This document shows, one piece after another, positions 38,157 through 48,961 of a stretch of DNA of 63,567 bases (positions are counted from its first letter, which is position 1; the number at the start of each line of letters is the position of its first letter). The notes beneath the pieces were generated by a model that was not told the origin of the DNA, did not search any database, and was given only the letters and a program-made list of their open reading frames with translations. The stretch is from Chthonomonadales bacterium (GTDB lineage: Bacteria > Armatimonadota > Chthonomonadetes > Chthonomonadales > CAJBBX01), in contig JBMFSQ010000020.1 of assembly GCA_049967475.1 (NCBI GenBank), positions 1 to 63,567 of the forward strand, in the 5' to 3' direction. The position numbers and the translations under genes were made by a program.

Positions 38157-40300
38157 CAGCCGCGCCTCCCCATCTTGCGCCCCAGGAGCCCTTCAAGGAA
38201 GAGAAGGGGTATGGCAGCAGCCACCAGGGGCAGCCACAATTCTGCACCCGAGCGGGCTTGGCGTACGGCTGCCGGCATCGAACGGCCGCCATGCAGAACC
38301 TGACCGGCGGGGCCCAAAAGCCGTTTGATTGCGGCATCATCCACGGAGGCCGGGTCTGCTTCGGCCTCGGGCAAGTTCACTGCGAAGGCTTGGATGCGGG
38401 GGTGACCCGGTGTGCCCACCCAGTAGGCGCCCGCCGATCGGGTACCGGTGAACGGCACGGTTACGCCGTCCAGACCCAGCTCTCCCCGCACCTTGACGGA
38501 CGCCCCGTCGGGTTTGGTGACGAGGAAGCCCGAACCGGCATCGGCCACGCCGAAGTGGGCTGCGATGGGCTCGCCCACGGCCACGTTGCGTCGTTCGGTT
38601 CCGCCGGCAGCAAGATAGGATGCAATCTGATGCACCAACGGAACGTATGCCGCCTTGTAGGGCAGGTCACTCTGGTAAACCCCTGCGGAAAAGGCGGCCA
38701 GCATCACCCGCCCCGATCCGACGCGCCTCTCTACCAATGCCGGCCGACCATCGCTGAAGCGGGCCGCAACGCGCACGTCGGGGGCGGCTGCCGGTGCCAG
38801 ATCGTTGTACCCGGTAAAGCGAGCGCTGCCTATGTCAATCTGAGAGGTGTCTCGAAAGGTCCCTACGGCCGCCCCATGCATGGATGCGGCATCTAGGGAC
38901 ACCGGGGCATCGGCGGGGGCTGTCCTTCGGATGCCGACGCGTGCGGGAATGAGAGCCTCTTTGAGGAGTGCGCCGGCAGCAGGGCCCTGGGAACCGTTTC
39001 GGCCCGGGAAAAGGAGCAGGCCGCCTCCCCGTCGCACGAACTGGGTCAGCAACGGTACGTCGGACGCGTTGATCGCCTCCAACCCCGCCACGACCACAAC
39101 GTCAAAGTTGGACAGGTTCACCGAGCGCAACCCTTGCACGGGCCGTACCGTGGCAACGATGCCCGCGGATGCTCCCATACTCGGCCCGGCGGGAGTAAGG
39201 GCGGTAGTGATATAGAAGGCTTCGTCTCGGGCTGGATCCTGGGAAGGGTAGCCGTCTACCACCAGAACGCTGATGCGCGGCCGCACTCTCACTGCAAACC
39301 AGGCGACGTCGTCCCGTGGAAGAGCGTCGGGCTGGTCCAAGCGGATGCTTCCCACATGCATTCCAGGCGCATCGAACAGATAGACGAACTGCACGGGCGC
39401 CGCACCATGGGCAGGAAGGTCCACACGCGAGGAAGCCACACGCCGGCCATCCACCTCCAGATGCACCAAGGTGCCGGTTTGCGCTGAGAACGAGTAATTG
39501 TGGATCGCAGCCGAGATGCGCACAGGCACCGATCGCAGGATCAGCTCTCGGCTGAATGTTGGAGCGCTCACGCTCCTGTTGGTTCGGAGCGGCCCTCCCA
39601 TGTCCACCCACGTGACGCGCGCAACACGGGTTAGGGCGGCCCACACAGAGGCATCGCCGCGGCGGCGCGTCTCGAAGCCTGAGCGCTGGCTATCGGTAAA
39701 CCAGTACACCTCACGGACGGGATTGCGCACCTGCTGAAGCATCCTCAAACAGAAGGCCGCAGCCGTGCCATAGTCTGTAGCCTGGTCACCGAGAGGCGCC
39801 GCATTGATGGCCGAAGCCGCCTGCTGAAGATTGTACGTGGGTTCGCGGATGAGCGCTTCGGGGTGCGCCGAGGCTAGAAGCACCTGCACCGTGTCGCCTT
39901 CCTTCAAGATGCCATGGAAGAGGCTTTGCGCAGCTCTCTTCGCCTGGTCGAAGGCCGTGCCGTTCCCCACGCGATATCCCATGCTGTAGGAATTGTCCAA
40001 CACGATCAGTGCGTGGATGCGGGCATCGGGAGCCGTTGCGGCTGCACCCCGCACGCGCAATACCGGGCGGCAGAAAGCCAGCACCACCAAAAGGATGATC
40101 AGGATGCGCAGGAGGAGGAGCAGGATCTGCTCGATGCGGAAGCGCTTGCGATGGACGCGGTGCGAGCGGTTGAGGAATTCCCAAGCCGCCCAGGGTATGA
40201 TGCGCACCCTCCGGCGCCGGATGAGGTGGATGAGGATCGGAATAGAGCCCAGCCCCAGCGCTGCGAGATAGGCCGGATTCAGAAAGTTCAGCGAGAGCAT
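38156..40300 (-). CDS. BatA-domain plus VWA-domain membrane protein
   Basis: FLNP.YL...IPILIHL (BatA N-terminus); DNSYS MIDAS motif, FTD; C-terminal TM. Confidence 0.85.
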   Translation of the reverse strand: MLSLNFLNPAYLAALGLGSIPILIHLIRRRRVRIIPWAAWEFLNRSHRVHRKRFRIEQILLLLLRILIILLVVLAFCRPVLRVRGAAATAPDARIHALIVLDNSYSMGYRVGNGTAFDQAKRAAQSLFHGILKEGDTVQVLLASAHPEALIREPTYNLQQAASAINAAPLGDQATDYGTAAAFCLRMLQQVRNPVREVYWFTDSQRSGFETRRRGDASVWAALTRVARVTWVDMGGPLRTNRSVSAPTFSRELILRSVPVRISAAIHNYSFSAQTGTLVHLEVDGRRVASSRVDLPAHGAAPVQFVYLFDAPGMHVGSIRLDQPDALPRDDVAWFAVRVRPRISVLVVDGYPSQDPARDEAFYITTALTPAGPSMGASAGIVATVRPVQGLRSVNLSNFDVVVVAGLEAINASDVPLLTQFVRRGGGLLLFPGRNGSQGPAAGALLKEALIPARVGIRRTAPADAPVSLDAASMHGAAVGTFRDTSQIDIGSARFTGYNDLAPAAAPDVRVAARFSDGRPALVERRVGSGRVMLAAFSAGVYQSDLPYKAAYVPLVHQIASYLAAGGTERRNVAVGEPIAAHFGVADAGSGFLVTKPDGASVKVRGELGLDGVTVPFTGTRSAGAYWVGTPGHPRIQAFAVNLPEAEADPASVDDAAIKRLLGPAGQVLHGGRSMPAAVRQARSGAELWLPLVAAAIPLLFLEGLLGRKMGRRG

Positions 40301-40351
40301 AACGGCATCAGAGAATGGACACGGGTCATGGACACATCGTGCTGGAGCGCT

Positions 40352-41284
40352 TCATCGGGTCCGGGTGCGCTGATGAAGGTAATGGGCCAAGGCATCATCT
40401 ACCCGCTGATCCGTGGGCATGGAAACGTAGTCTATCGCCATCTCACGGCATCCGCGGCGCAGCGCAGCAACGTAATCGTCGAACAGGCGCAGGTACTCCT
40501 TCCTTAGAGCATGAGGCTCAGCAGGCAGCAACCCCTCACCTTCCATCCCCTCGAATACCGCAGCATCCCGAAACGGAAAGGTAAGCTCATCCCGATCCAG
40601 AACGTGAAAGACGATCACTTCGTGCTTGCGGTGGCGGAAGTGCTGTAAACCGTTGAGCACGGCCTTGGGATCATCGAAGAGATCGCTTAGAACGATGATG
40701 AGGCCGCGCCTGCGGATGCGCTCTGCCAGGTCGTGGAAAGCATGGCTTACACCCGTTTTGGGCGCTATGGGCGGCTGCTCCAGATGTTCCAGAAGGAGGC
40801 GCATATGGCTCGGCGTGGAACCGGGCGGTATGTACGCCTGAACGGCATCGGTGAAGAGCGCCAGCCCCACAGCATCCCGCTGTTGTACCAGGAGGGAAGC
40901 GAGGGCCGCGGCGACTACAGCCGCATAATCGAGCTTGCTCAACGCCCCGGAGCGGTACATCATGGATGAGCTGGCATCCACAACCAGATACGCTTTGAGG
41001 TTCGTCTCTTCCTCGAACTGCTTTACATAGTAGCGGTCAGTACGCCCGTACACTTTCCAGTCAATGTGCCGTATCTCGTCTCCGCGGGTGTACTGGCGGT
41101 GTTGCGCAAATTCCACGCTATATCCGTGATGGGGGCTCCGGTGCATCCCGCTGATGATCCCCTCCACCACGACGCGCGCCCGCAGCTCCAGACGTGCGAT
41201 GCGGGCCAGTGTCTGGGGATCTGCCAGCCTTTGTTTGGTCTCCGGAGGCGCGTGCGTCACCATCTGCGGGCTGCTCCTTATCAC
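40352..41284 (-). CDS. DUF58 (VWA-related) protein
   Basis: EFAQHRQY..GDEIRHIDWK, VKQFEEE, DASSSM and LSDL motifs. Confidence 0.92.
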   Translation of the reverse strand: MIRSSPQMVTHAPPETKQRLADPQTLARIARLELRARVVVEGIISGMHRSPHHGYSVEFAQHRQYTRGDEIRHIDWKVYGRTDRYYVKQFEEETNLKAYLVVDASSSMMYRSGALSKLDYAAVVAAALASLLVQQRDAVGLALFTDAVQAYIPPGSTPSHMRLLLEHLEQPPIAPKTGVSHAFHDLAERIRRRGLIIVLSDLFDDPKAVLNGLQHFRHRKHEVIVFHVLDRDELTFPFRDAAVFEGMEGEGLLPAEPHALRKEYLRLFDDYVAALRRGCREMAIDYVSMPTDQRVDDALAHYLHQRTRTR

Positions 41285-41302
41285 TCCCTGGGCGGACGCA
41301 CT

Positions 41303-42337
<1,035 letters not shown>

Positions 42338-42374
42338 ACATTGGCTCCTTGCTTGGTAATGGACTTTCGGAACC

Positions 42375-43460
42375 CTATTTCTGGTAGATGGGCAAAAGGC
42401 CGGCGGGTACCTGCAGGGTCAGGACGGCCATGGCGGTGGCATACTCCTCACCCGGAGCATCCTGCCAGCTCCCGTCTGAACGCTGGGTGCGGACGAGCCG
42501 CTCTCTAATGTTGGTGAACCAGTTCTTCCAAGCGCCTCCTCCCTCCTGGTAGAACGCCTGGGTGCAATAGTACAGTGCGTAGAAGTAGTGCTGCCGATAA
42601 GCCCACTCGTAATTGTCTATGGGGTGCTCCAAAAGGTATCGGATGCCGTTGCGGTATTCCGGAGAACTCTTTTCCCCTGTTAAGGCGAGGCATGTGCAGG
42701 CTGCACCGGTGCGAGCCGGACCCGACCCACGCGAGGGGATCTGGTAGCTGAAGCCGCCATCGGGATTGTTGGCGCACTTCTTGATGTATCCCACAGCACG
42801 GCGTACGGTGTCGGCGGGCACCTGGATGCCGGCGTTATGGGCTGCGCGCAACGCCAGAACCTGCACCGCCGTCACGCTGATGTCCGCATCCGTGGAGGTG
42901 GGTTGGTACCGCCACCCTCCTTCTTCGTTCTGCGAGGCCACGATCAGGTGGATCGCCGCCTCGATCTTCGCCTTGAGGTCCTCCCGTTTGCTCATCCCGT
43001 AGAATTCGCACAGAGCCAACGTGGCGAAGCCGTGACCGTACATGGGCGGACCTGCGCTTCCACCCCGCGCCACCAGTCCGTTGCGCTGCACCGAGTCCGC
43101 CAAGTAATCCACTGCTTTATCCAGGAGGTTGCCGTATTTGCCGCGGCCGGGCTGCTCCCCCGCAGAGAGAAATGCCAGAGTGCAGAGCCCGCTGATGGCT
43201 GCATCGGCGTTATATCCTCCACTGTTCCAATGCCCGTCCGGCTGCTGGCGGGATGCGAGGAATTCCAGCCCCCGGCGAACCGCTGCTTCCGATTGCGGCG
43301 TACCCAAGTATTCTCGAGCTTCTACGTCGAAGGGGTTCTTGGGCTGCTGGGCCCCCGATGCCGTGGGCATCAGCGCCGTCACCAGGATGACCGCCGCTCC
43401 CAAACGCACCGGCAGGTCCCGTGCGATGTTCAAGACGCCTGCTTTGTGGGAGGCCTTCAT
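42375..43460 (-). CDS. Exported prenyltransferase/squalene-oxidase-repeat (alpha/alpha)6 barrel protein
   Basis: QW-type repeats QQPDGHW, QNEEGGW, NPDGGF and [18 protein letters not shown]; signal-like N-terminus. Confidence 0.85.
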   Translation of the reverse strand: MKASHKAGVLNIARDLPVRLGAAVILVTALMPTASGAQQPKNPFDVEAREYLGTPQSEAAVRRGLEFLASRQQPDGHWNSGGYNADAAISGLCTLAFLSAGEQPGRGKYGNLLDKAVDYLADSVQRNGLVARGGSAGPPMYGHGFATLALCEFYGMSKREDLKAKIEAAIHLIVASQNEEGGWRYQPTSTDADISVTAVQVLALRAAHNAGIQVPADTVRRAVGYIKKCANNPDGGFSYQIPSRGSGPARTGAACTCLALTGEKSSPEYRNGIRYLLEHPIDNYEWAYRQHYFYALYYCTQAFYQEGGGAWKNWFTNIRERLVRTQRSDGSWQDAPGEEYATAMAVLTLQVPAGLLPIYQK

Positions 43461-46400
43461 CGAGCCTTCTCCGAAAGAGCCTTGTAGTATTCGTTCACGA
43501 GGTCCCGATACTCCGGAGGTACGCGTTCGTGCAATCCCTCCCGTAGCGCCTGCTGGGCTCTGGGCGGCAATCCGCCGAAGCCCCTTCCCCTCATCGAAAC
43601 CTGCCCGAAGTCGGCGCTCTCGGCCTGCACCACGGGGGCGTACGTTCGCGCGGCGGGTTGATTGCCGCCCGGCCGGTTGGCAGACTGCTGGGCGCCCGGC
43701 CGCTGCGCACTCTGGCGGGACTGCTGCATCTGCTCGCGCATGGCCTGCCTCGTTTGCTGAAGGGCCTGCTGGAGCATCCCCAAGATGCGATCCTGCTTCC
43801 CCTGTGTGCCGCTCCCTGTGGCCTGGCGGCGCAGAAGGTCTTCAACATCGGCCATGCTCTCTCCGGCCTCCTGCACGAGGCGGCCAATATCCGGAGACCC
43901 TTTCAGAAGTTGCGAGGCCTCGTCCGTGAGGCGGCGCGTTTCCCGCTGTCCTTGGGTGAGCCAGTTGAGTTCCCGCTGCTGCTGAGCCGTAAGGCGCCGT
44001 TCAGGGTTTGCGTCCCGCCTCCGATCCAGTCCCGCCGTTTCTTCGCGGATTTGGGCCTCCATCTCGCGGGCCAGCGCCAAGGATCCCGAAGCGGCTGCCA
44101 GGTTCTCGTCTGGGCCGCCCTGCCGGCTGCTCCCCTGCGTCTCCTGCTGGCCGGCTTGCGCCATCTGTCCCAAAGCCCGTGCGATGCGCTCCAGCGTCTG
44201 GGCTGCATGTTCCTGGTCCCGCTGCGTGTCTTGACCTGTGTTCTGCTGGTCCAGCGCGCGGGCAGCTTCGTTCATCCGGTTGACTGCCTGATCCAAAGCA
44301 AGTTGGAAGCCCTGGCTGGGCATTTCGTCCCTTAGCGCCCGGCCCCGGTCCACCAATTGTTGCTGGGTACGGGCAATCTGCTGTGTCTTTTGCTGGAGTT
44401 CCGGCGTGAGGGGTTCGCGGCCTCGCGCCTTTTGCACTTGAGTTGTTTGCCGCATCACCATGCGCTGCTCCCTGGCCAGATCTGCTGCTTTGTGCATGGC
44501 TTCCCGTGCAGCCTGCTGCTCCTTCAGCTCCTGGGATGCATCCATGGCTTCCTTGGCGGCACGCAACAACTGCGTGGTGGCCTGGCTCATGGAGGGCACA
44601 GCCTGGCGCGGCGCCCCCCGACTCAACTGCCCGTGGGCCTGCTGCATATTCTGCTGGGCGTTGCGCATGGCATTCCCTGCGGCCGGGGCATCGCGAAGAT
44701 CGGGCTCCATCTGGTGGGCGCGAGCCATCAGTGCCGTTTGCTGTTGGGCCAACCTTTGAGCCGTAGAAGCATCCGAGGCGGATTGAGCCTGATGGCTCAT
44801 GGCTCGCTCTTCATTTGCCATCTGCAGGAGCCGTTCGGAAGCTGCTTCGAGGCGCTCGGCCCTGGCCGCGAGATTGCCGGAGGCTTGGCGTTCGGCCGCG
44901 CGATCGAGGTTGTTGGCCACGGAACGCAGGGCATCGGCAGCGCTCTGTTGATGAGGAACGGCTTCCGCAGGCCGCCCGGCACTCAGGTTCTGCTGCGCCT
45001 GCGCCTGGGCCGACGACACCCCGCTTTGGGTCATCTGCCGGGCTGCTTCGCCCAGAGAGGCGGCATCAGGGCTTTGCTGATCCGCTGCTGAGCGCGCCGC
45101 CCTCTCCAAAGCGCCCACCAGAGACCGCGTGCGCCGGGCAAGCTCCTGCTGGCGCAGAGCCATGGCTGCCGTTCGGTTGCGCTCGATGGATTGGGGAGTG
45201 CCTTGCGACCGCTCGGCCTCCGCAGCGCTGGCATCGGCTTGGGACTGCTGCTCGAGGGCCAAGCGGTCCGCTTCAGCAGCAAGCTGGGCCAAAGCAGGTG
45301 GCGGCGCCAATTCGGCTGCCAGAGCTTCCAGATCGGATTGGATCTGCTTTTCTTGCTGTGCGGCAGAAGAAAATTCCCGCCTCCCGGCGGCTGCGGCGGC
45401 ACTGGGCATGCGCTCATGGGCGAGAGAACTCAGAGCCTGCGCCGCCTGCCGGCGCTGTTGGAGCCTGGCCGACGATGCCACGCCGTTTTCGTCCATCTGC
45501 TGGGTGGTGGCGGCCATGCGCGCTGCCAAATCGCCGGTAGCCTGAGCAACCGACCTTTGTGCTGCCTCGGCTCGCGTTGTTGCGGCCGCATTGCCTGGGT
45601 GTTGGGCAGCCGCCGCCAGGGCGGCGCGCGTATTCTTCTGCGCTGCAATAAGCTGGCGCAAGGCTTCCCGCTCCTGCACCTCCTGAGCGTCGAGGCGGCC
45701 GCGCATCTCTTCGACCCCTACGATGCGGATGTGCAATGCAGAACTGCGGCCTATTTGGAAGCCGTCCACAGCATCATTATCACGAGCCTGAGCGAAGTAC
45801 TCCACCGTGTCCCCGGGCTTTACTTTGAGGCGGGCGAGGGACCATACCCCGCCGGCAGTCACCTGTCGCGAGCCGCCCGATGCGAGCGGAAAACCGCCGT
45901 TCTGACGGCCGACATGGTACACGAGCCCCAGCGACGACACGCCGTAGTCGTCGGACGCCGACACCTTCAACCCTACACGCCCCCAGGGCGTCCGCTCGAT
46001 GTCGCCTCCTGGCTGGAGGATGCGCACCACAGGCGGCCGGTCCCGCACAGCGCGTAGAGTGTAGACGGGAGGGTCCTTGCCGGTGAAGTTGTTCTGATCC
46101 ACCAACCGAAGGCTGTAGGTTTCATCATGAGACACGTGCAGCGTTCCTGTGGCGGTAGACCCCCGCACATCCCAGAGGCGCGTCACGCGGCCGTCTTCAA
46201 CCAGGCGAGCTTCCTTCAGCGGCTTGTTGGCCGAAGCCTGAACCGTTACTTCCGTACCGGTTGGAACCACCAAGTTCCCCGATGAAGAGTTGATCTCTTG
46301 CGCTGCAAGACGGGTATAGGCAGGGTACCGAACGCGCAGGTGCAGTCCAAGGATGGTGGGACGGTCTTCCACCCGCAACGTATGGGGATTGGATTGGCCG

Positions 46401-47248
46401 TCGCCTGCTGTGGCGTAATAGGTTACCGTTTGCGTCGCCGGACCTAACGGGAATTGGAAGACTTGCCATGATGGATGGGGCAGCTCCTGGGGCCCGGGCG
46501 CACGGAGGACCACAGAATTCCACGGTCCGGCTTCGAACCGATAATGGAGGCGCGCTTGCGCTACCTCACGGCCGGTAACCCGAACGCCCAGCACCACAGG
46601 ATCACCGCGCGCCGCTACGCCGCCTGCGGGAAGAACCCAAACGCGCGTATGGGCATAAACGGGGATGTCTGCAGCAGGGAAGAGGATCCTTCGCGCCCAC
46701 GTGAGGAGTGCGCCGGGCGCCACCAACGAGTATCCCAGCAAAAGAACACCGGCGCAGGCCGCGATCCCGGTCCATCTCCTCAGAGGGGCGGTATCCACGG
46801 CGCGGGCGAAATCCAGAGAGGTTGAAGCCTGCTCCGCCTCCCGAATTACGAGGCCGGCCAGATGCGGCGACGCGCCCGCCAAGGCGCCCGCCGGAGCGAG
46901 TTCCACAGCAGTGAGCAAACGCTCCTGCAGGGTTGGGTACGCCCGCTCCACCTGAAGAGCCAGTGCCTCCTGAGGCACGCTTCGCGCCACACCGAGAGCA
47001 ACCCATACTGCCGCAGCCGACGCGGCCAGAACCATAACGGCAAGCCAAAAGACGCGGCCCGAGGAGGTGAACACCACCAGGCGATCCAGGTGAAAGCCGG
47101 CCAAGAACAACACGGTCAGGAGCACGAATACCCGAAGGACACCCGTTGCAGCGTGCACCCACCGGTATCTCCTTCGGGCTTCCTCAAGCTTCCATGCGAG
47201 AACGTCGCTCACTCCGGTCATGCTGGGACCAGCGCCCCTCCACCGCAT
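43457..47248 (-). CDS. Large membrane-anchored protein: three TMs, Ig-like domains, long Gln/Ala coiled coil (DUF4175-like)
   Basis: P.LQERLLTAVEL, YPAYT, D.PP.V.I..P, ASDDYGV and terminal PPEYRDLVNEYYKAL. Confidence 0.78.
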   Translation of the reverse strand: MRWRGAGPSMTGVSDVLAWKLEEARRRYRWVHAATGVLRVFVLLTVLFLAGFHLDRLVVFTSSGRVFWLAVMVLAASAAAVWVALGVARSVPQEALALQVERAYPTLQERLLTAVELAPAGALAGASPHLAGLVIREAEQASTSLDFARAVDTAPLRRWTGIAACAGVLLLGYSLVAPGALLTWARRILFPAADIPVYAHTRVWVLPAGGVAARGDPVVLGVRVTGREVAQARLHYRFEAGPWNSVVLRAPGPQELPHPSWQVFQFPLGPATQTVTYYATAGDGQSNPHTLRVEDRPTILGLHLRVRYPAYTRLAAQEINSSSGNLVVPTGTEVTVQASANKPLKEARLVEDGRVTRLWDVRGSTATGTLHVSHDETYSLRLVDQNNFTGKDPPVYTLRAVRDRPPVVRILQPGGDIERTPWGRVGLKVSASDDYGVSSLGLVYHVGRQNGGFPLASGGSRQVTAGGVWSLARLKVKPGDTVEYFAQARDNDAVDGFQIGRSSALHIRIVGVEEMRGRLDAQEVQEREALRQLIAAQKNTRAALAAAAQHPGNAAATTRAEAAQRSVAQATGDLAARMAATTQQMDENGVASSARLQQRRQAAQALSSLAHERMPSAAAAAGRREFSSAAQQEKQIQSDLEALAAELAPPPALAQLAAEADRLALEQQSQADASAAEAERSQGTPQSIERNRTAAMALRQQELARRTRSLVGALERAARSAADQQSPDAASLGEAARQMTQSGVSSAQAQAQQNLSAGRPAEAVPHQQSAADALRSVANNLDRAAERQASGNLAARAERLEAASERLLQMANEERAMSHQAQSASDASTAQRLAQQQTALMARAHQMEPDLRDAPAAGNAMRNAQQNMQQAHGQLSRGAPRQAVPSMSQATTQLLRAAKEAMDASQELKEQQAAREAMHKAADLAREQRMVMRQTTQVQKARGREPLTPELQQKTQQIARTQQQLVDRGRALRDEMPSQGFQLALDQAVNRMNEAARALDQQNTGQDTQRDQEHAAQTLERIARALGQMAQAGQQETQGSSRQGGPDENLAAASGSLALAREMEAQIREETAGLDRRRDANPERRLTAQQQRELNWLTQGQRETRRLTDEASQLLKGSPDIGRLVQEAGESMADVEDLLRRQATGSGTQGKQDRILGMLQQALQQTRQAMREQMQQSRQSAQRPGAQQSANRPGGNQPAARTYAPVVQAESADFGQVSMRGRGFGGLPPRAQQALREGLHERVPPEYRDLVNEYYKALSEKAR

Positions 47249-47354
47249 CCCGTCGGATCAGGCTGTCCGTATCCTTGGACGCGCGAAAAGCTCTACGGGT
47301 AACTCCTCCATCCGCTCACCTTTTGAGACGCCCGCGCATTCCCCCCGGTTCGCA

Positions 47355-48758
47355 TCAGGCGCCTTGACGGATCAGGGCCAGAACTTCGTCGCGCTTCTGC
47401 TCCATCATCTCACGGCTTCGCGCTTCCAAGTTGAGGCGCACCACAGGATCATTCGCCGACGGGCGTACGTTGAAATGCCAGTCCGGGTAGGTGACGGTGA
47501 TGCCGTCCAGATAGCTGATTTCCGCATCCGCGTACCGTTGCGCTATGCGCCGAATGACGGCCTGTACATCCGGCACAGTGGAATTGATTTCCCCGGAAAG
47601 ATAGTAGGGTCCGAGACTGCCCACCAGGGTGCTGAGGGACACGCCCTGGCGCGAGAGCATGGTCATCACTTTGAGCCAGGGGATAAAGCCGTTATCGGCG
47701 TAGAAGTGGTCGCGGAAATAGTAATGCCCGCTCACCTCGCCTCCAAAGATGGCGTTCTCCCGGCGCATCGTCTGCTTGATGTAGGAATGGCCAACGCGTT
47801 CCACTATGGGCCTGCCGCCCAGGCGCGTAACCCAATCCCTAACTGCCCAGGAAGACCGGATGTCGTATACGATGGCTGCTCCGGGGTGTTCTTCCAGGAA
47901 GGCCCGGGCCACCAGAGTGGTGATGAAGTCGCCAGGAATGAAGGCTCCCGTCTCGTCCAGAAAGTACACGCGGTCCGCATCGCCATCCCATGCTACTCCG
48001 AAGTCCGCGCCATCCCGTGGGACCCTTGCAATCAATTCGCGGATGTTCTTCACTTCAAAGGGGTTGGCTTCATGGTTGGGGAAGTGCCCGTCGGGTTCGA
48101 AGTACATGGCCTCCAGCCGGATGGCGGGGAGGCGCTCTGCAACCGCTTGAGCCACAATCCCGCCCACACCGTTGCCTGCATCCCCGATAATGTGAAACGA
48201 CGCCAACTCTTTGGCATCCACAAACTGCATCAGGTGGTCCACATACTCATGCAGGATGTTTCGGTGGGTAAGGGTTCCCCGCCGCGAAGGCGCAGGAAAG
48301 CGTGCTTCCGTTACGATCGTGCGCAGATCCTCCATTCCGGAGCCCTGGCCTACCACATGGGCTCCTGCCCGCACGATCTTCATCCCGTTGAGCTCTTTGG
48401 TGCAATGAGAAGCCGTAATCTCCACTGCCGGCACATCGTGCTTGCCGGACATGTAGTAGATCATATCAGTGGTGGTGAGACCCAGGTCTACCACGTCTAC
48501 ACCCTGCGCCATCAAGCCCGAGGCGAGCGCCCTGGCCCAGTCTGGGCTGGAGAGGCGGGCATCATGGCCTATGGCGACGGTGTCCTTACCGAAGAACACG
48601 GCGAGCCCTCGTCCGATGGTCTCGACACCCTCCAGATCCAAGGGGGCCTGATACGCGCCTGCCTGGCCCACCTTGCCGTAATAGACGCTCGTCTCGTCCA
48701 CCAGCTCGGGGACGATGGCGCGAATATCGTATGCGCGGAATACCTTGGGATCTACCAT
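47355..48758 (-). CDS. Phosphomannomutase/phosphoglucomutase
   Basis: FRAYDIR, GHDAR, TASH, DGDADR metal loop, GEVSGH and RPSAND motifs. Confidence 0.92.
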   Translation of the reverse strand: MVDPKVFRAYDIRAIVPELVDETSVYYGKVGQAGAYQAPLDLEGVETIGRGLAVFFGKDTVAIGHDARLSSPDWARALASGLMAQGVDVVDLGLTTTDMIYYMSGKHDVPAVEITASHCTKELNGMKIVRAGAHVVGQGSGMEDLRTIVTEARFPAPSRRGTLTHRNILHEYVDHLMQFVDAKELASFHIIGDAGNGVGGIVAQAVAERLPAIRLEAMYFEPDGHFPNHEANPFEVKNIRELIARVPRDGADFGVAWDGDADRVYFLDETGAFIPGDFITTLVARAFLEEHPGAAIVYDIRSSWAVRDWVTRLGGRPIVERVGHSYIKQTMRRENAIFGGEVSGHYYFRDHFYADNGFIPWLKVMTMLSRQGVSLSTLVGSLGPYYLSGEINSTVPDVQAVIRRIAQRYADAEISYLDGITVTYPDWHFNVRPSANDPVVRLNLEARSREMMEQKRDEVLALIRQGA

Positions 48759-48961
48759 ATGCGTTACCCCTTTGCCTGCGGCAAATTGATGGGCGCTCCT
48801 CCGTGCGCCGAAGGTCCTGCCCCCTTATGCATCACGGCAGCCTTCCGTGGCGCAAGGGGTACGTCGCGTCTGCACGACGGGGGAACCCCATGCTCACAAG
48901 GCTTCCCGCGGTATACTGGAGCAGAACCCGCCTTCACTATACCGGATAAGGCATCGTTTCC

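Noticed and set aside
47257..47310. Possible 17-codon minus-strand ORF (MEELPVELFARPRIRTA) upstream of the giant coiled-coil gene
   Set aside because: Too short, with only a weak RBS; no supporting evidence.
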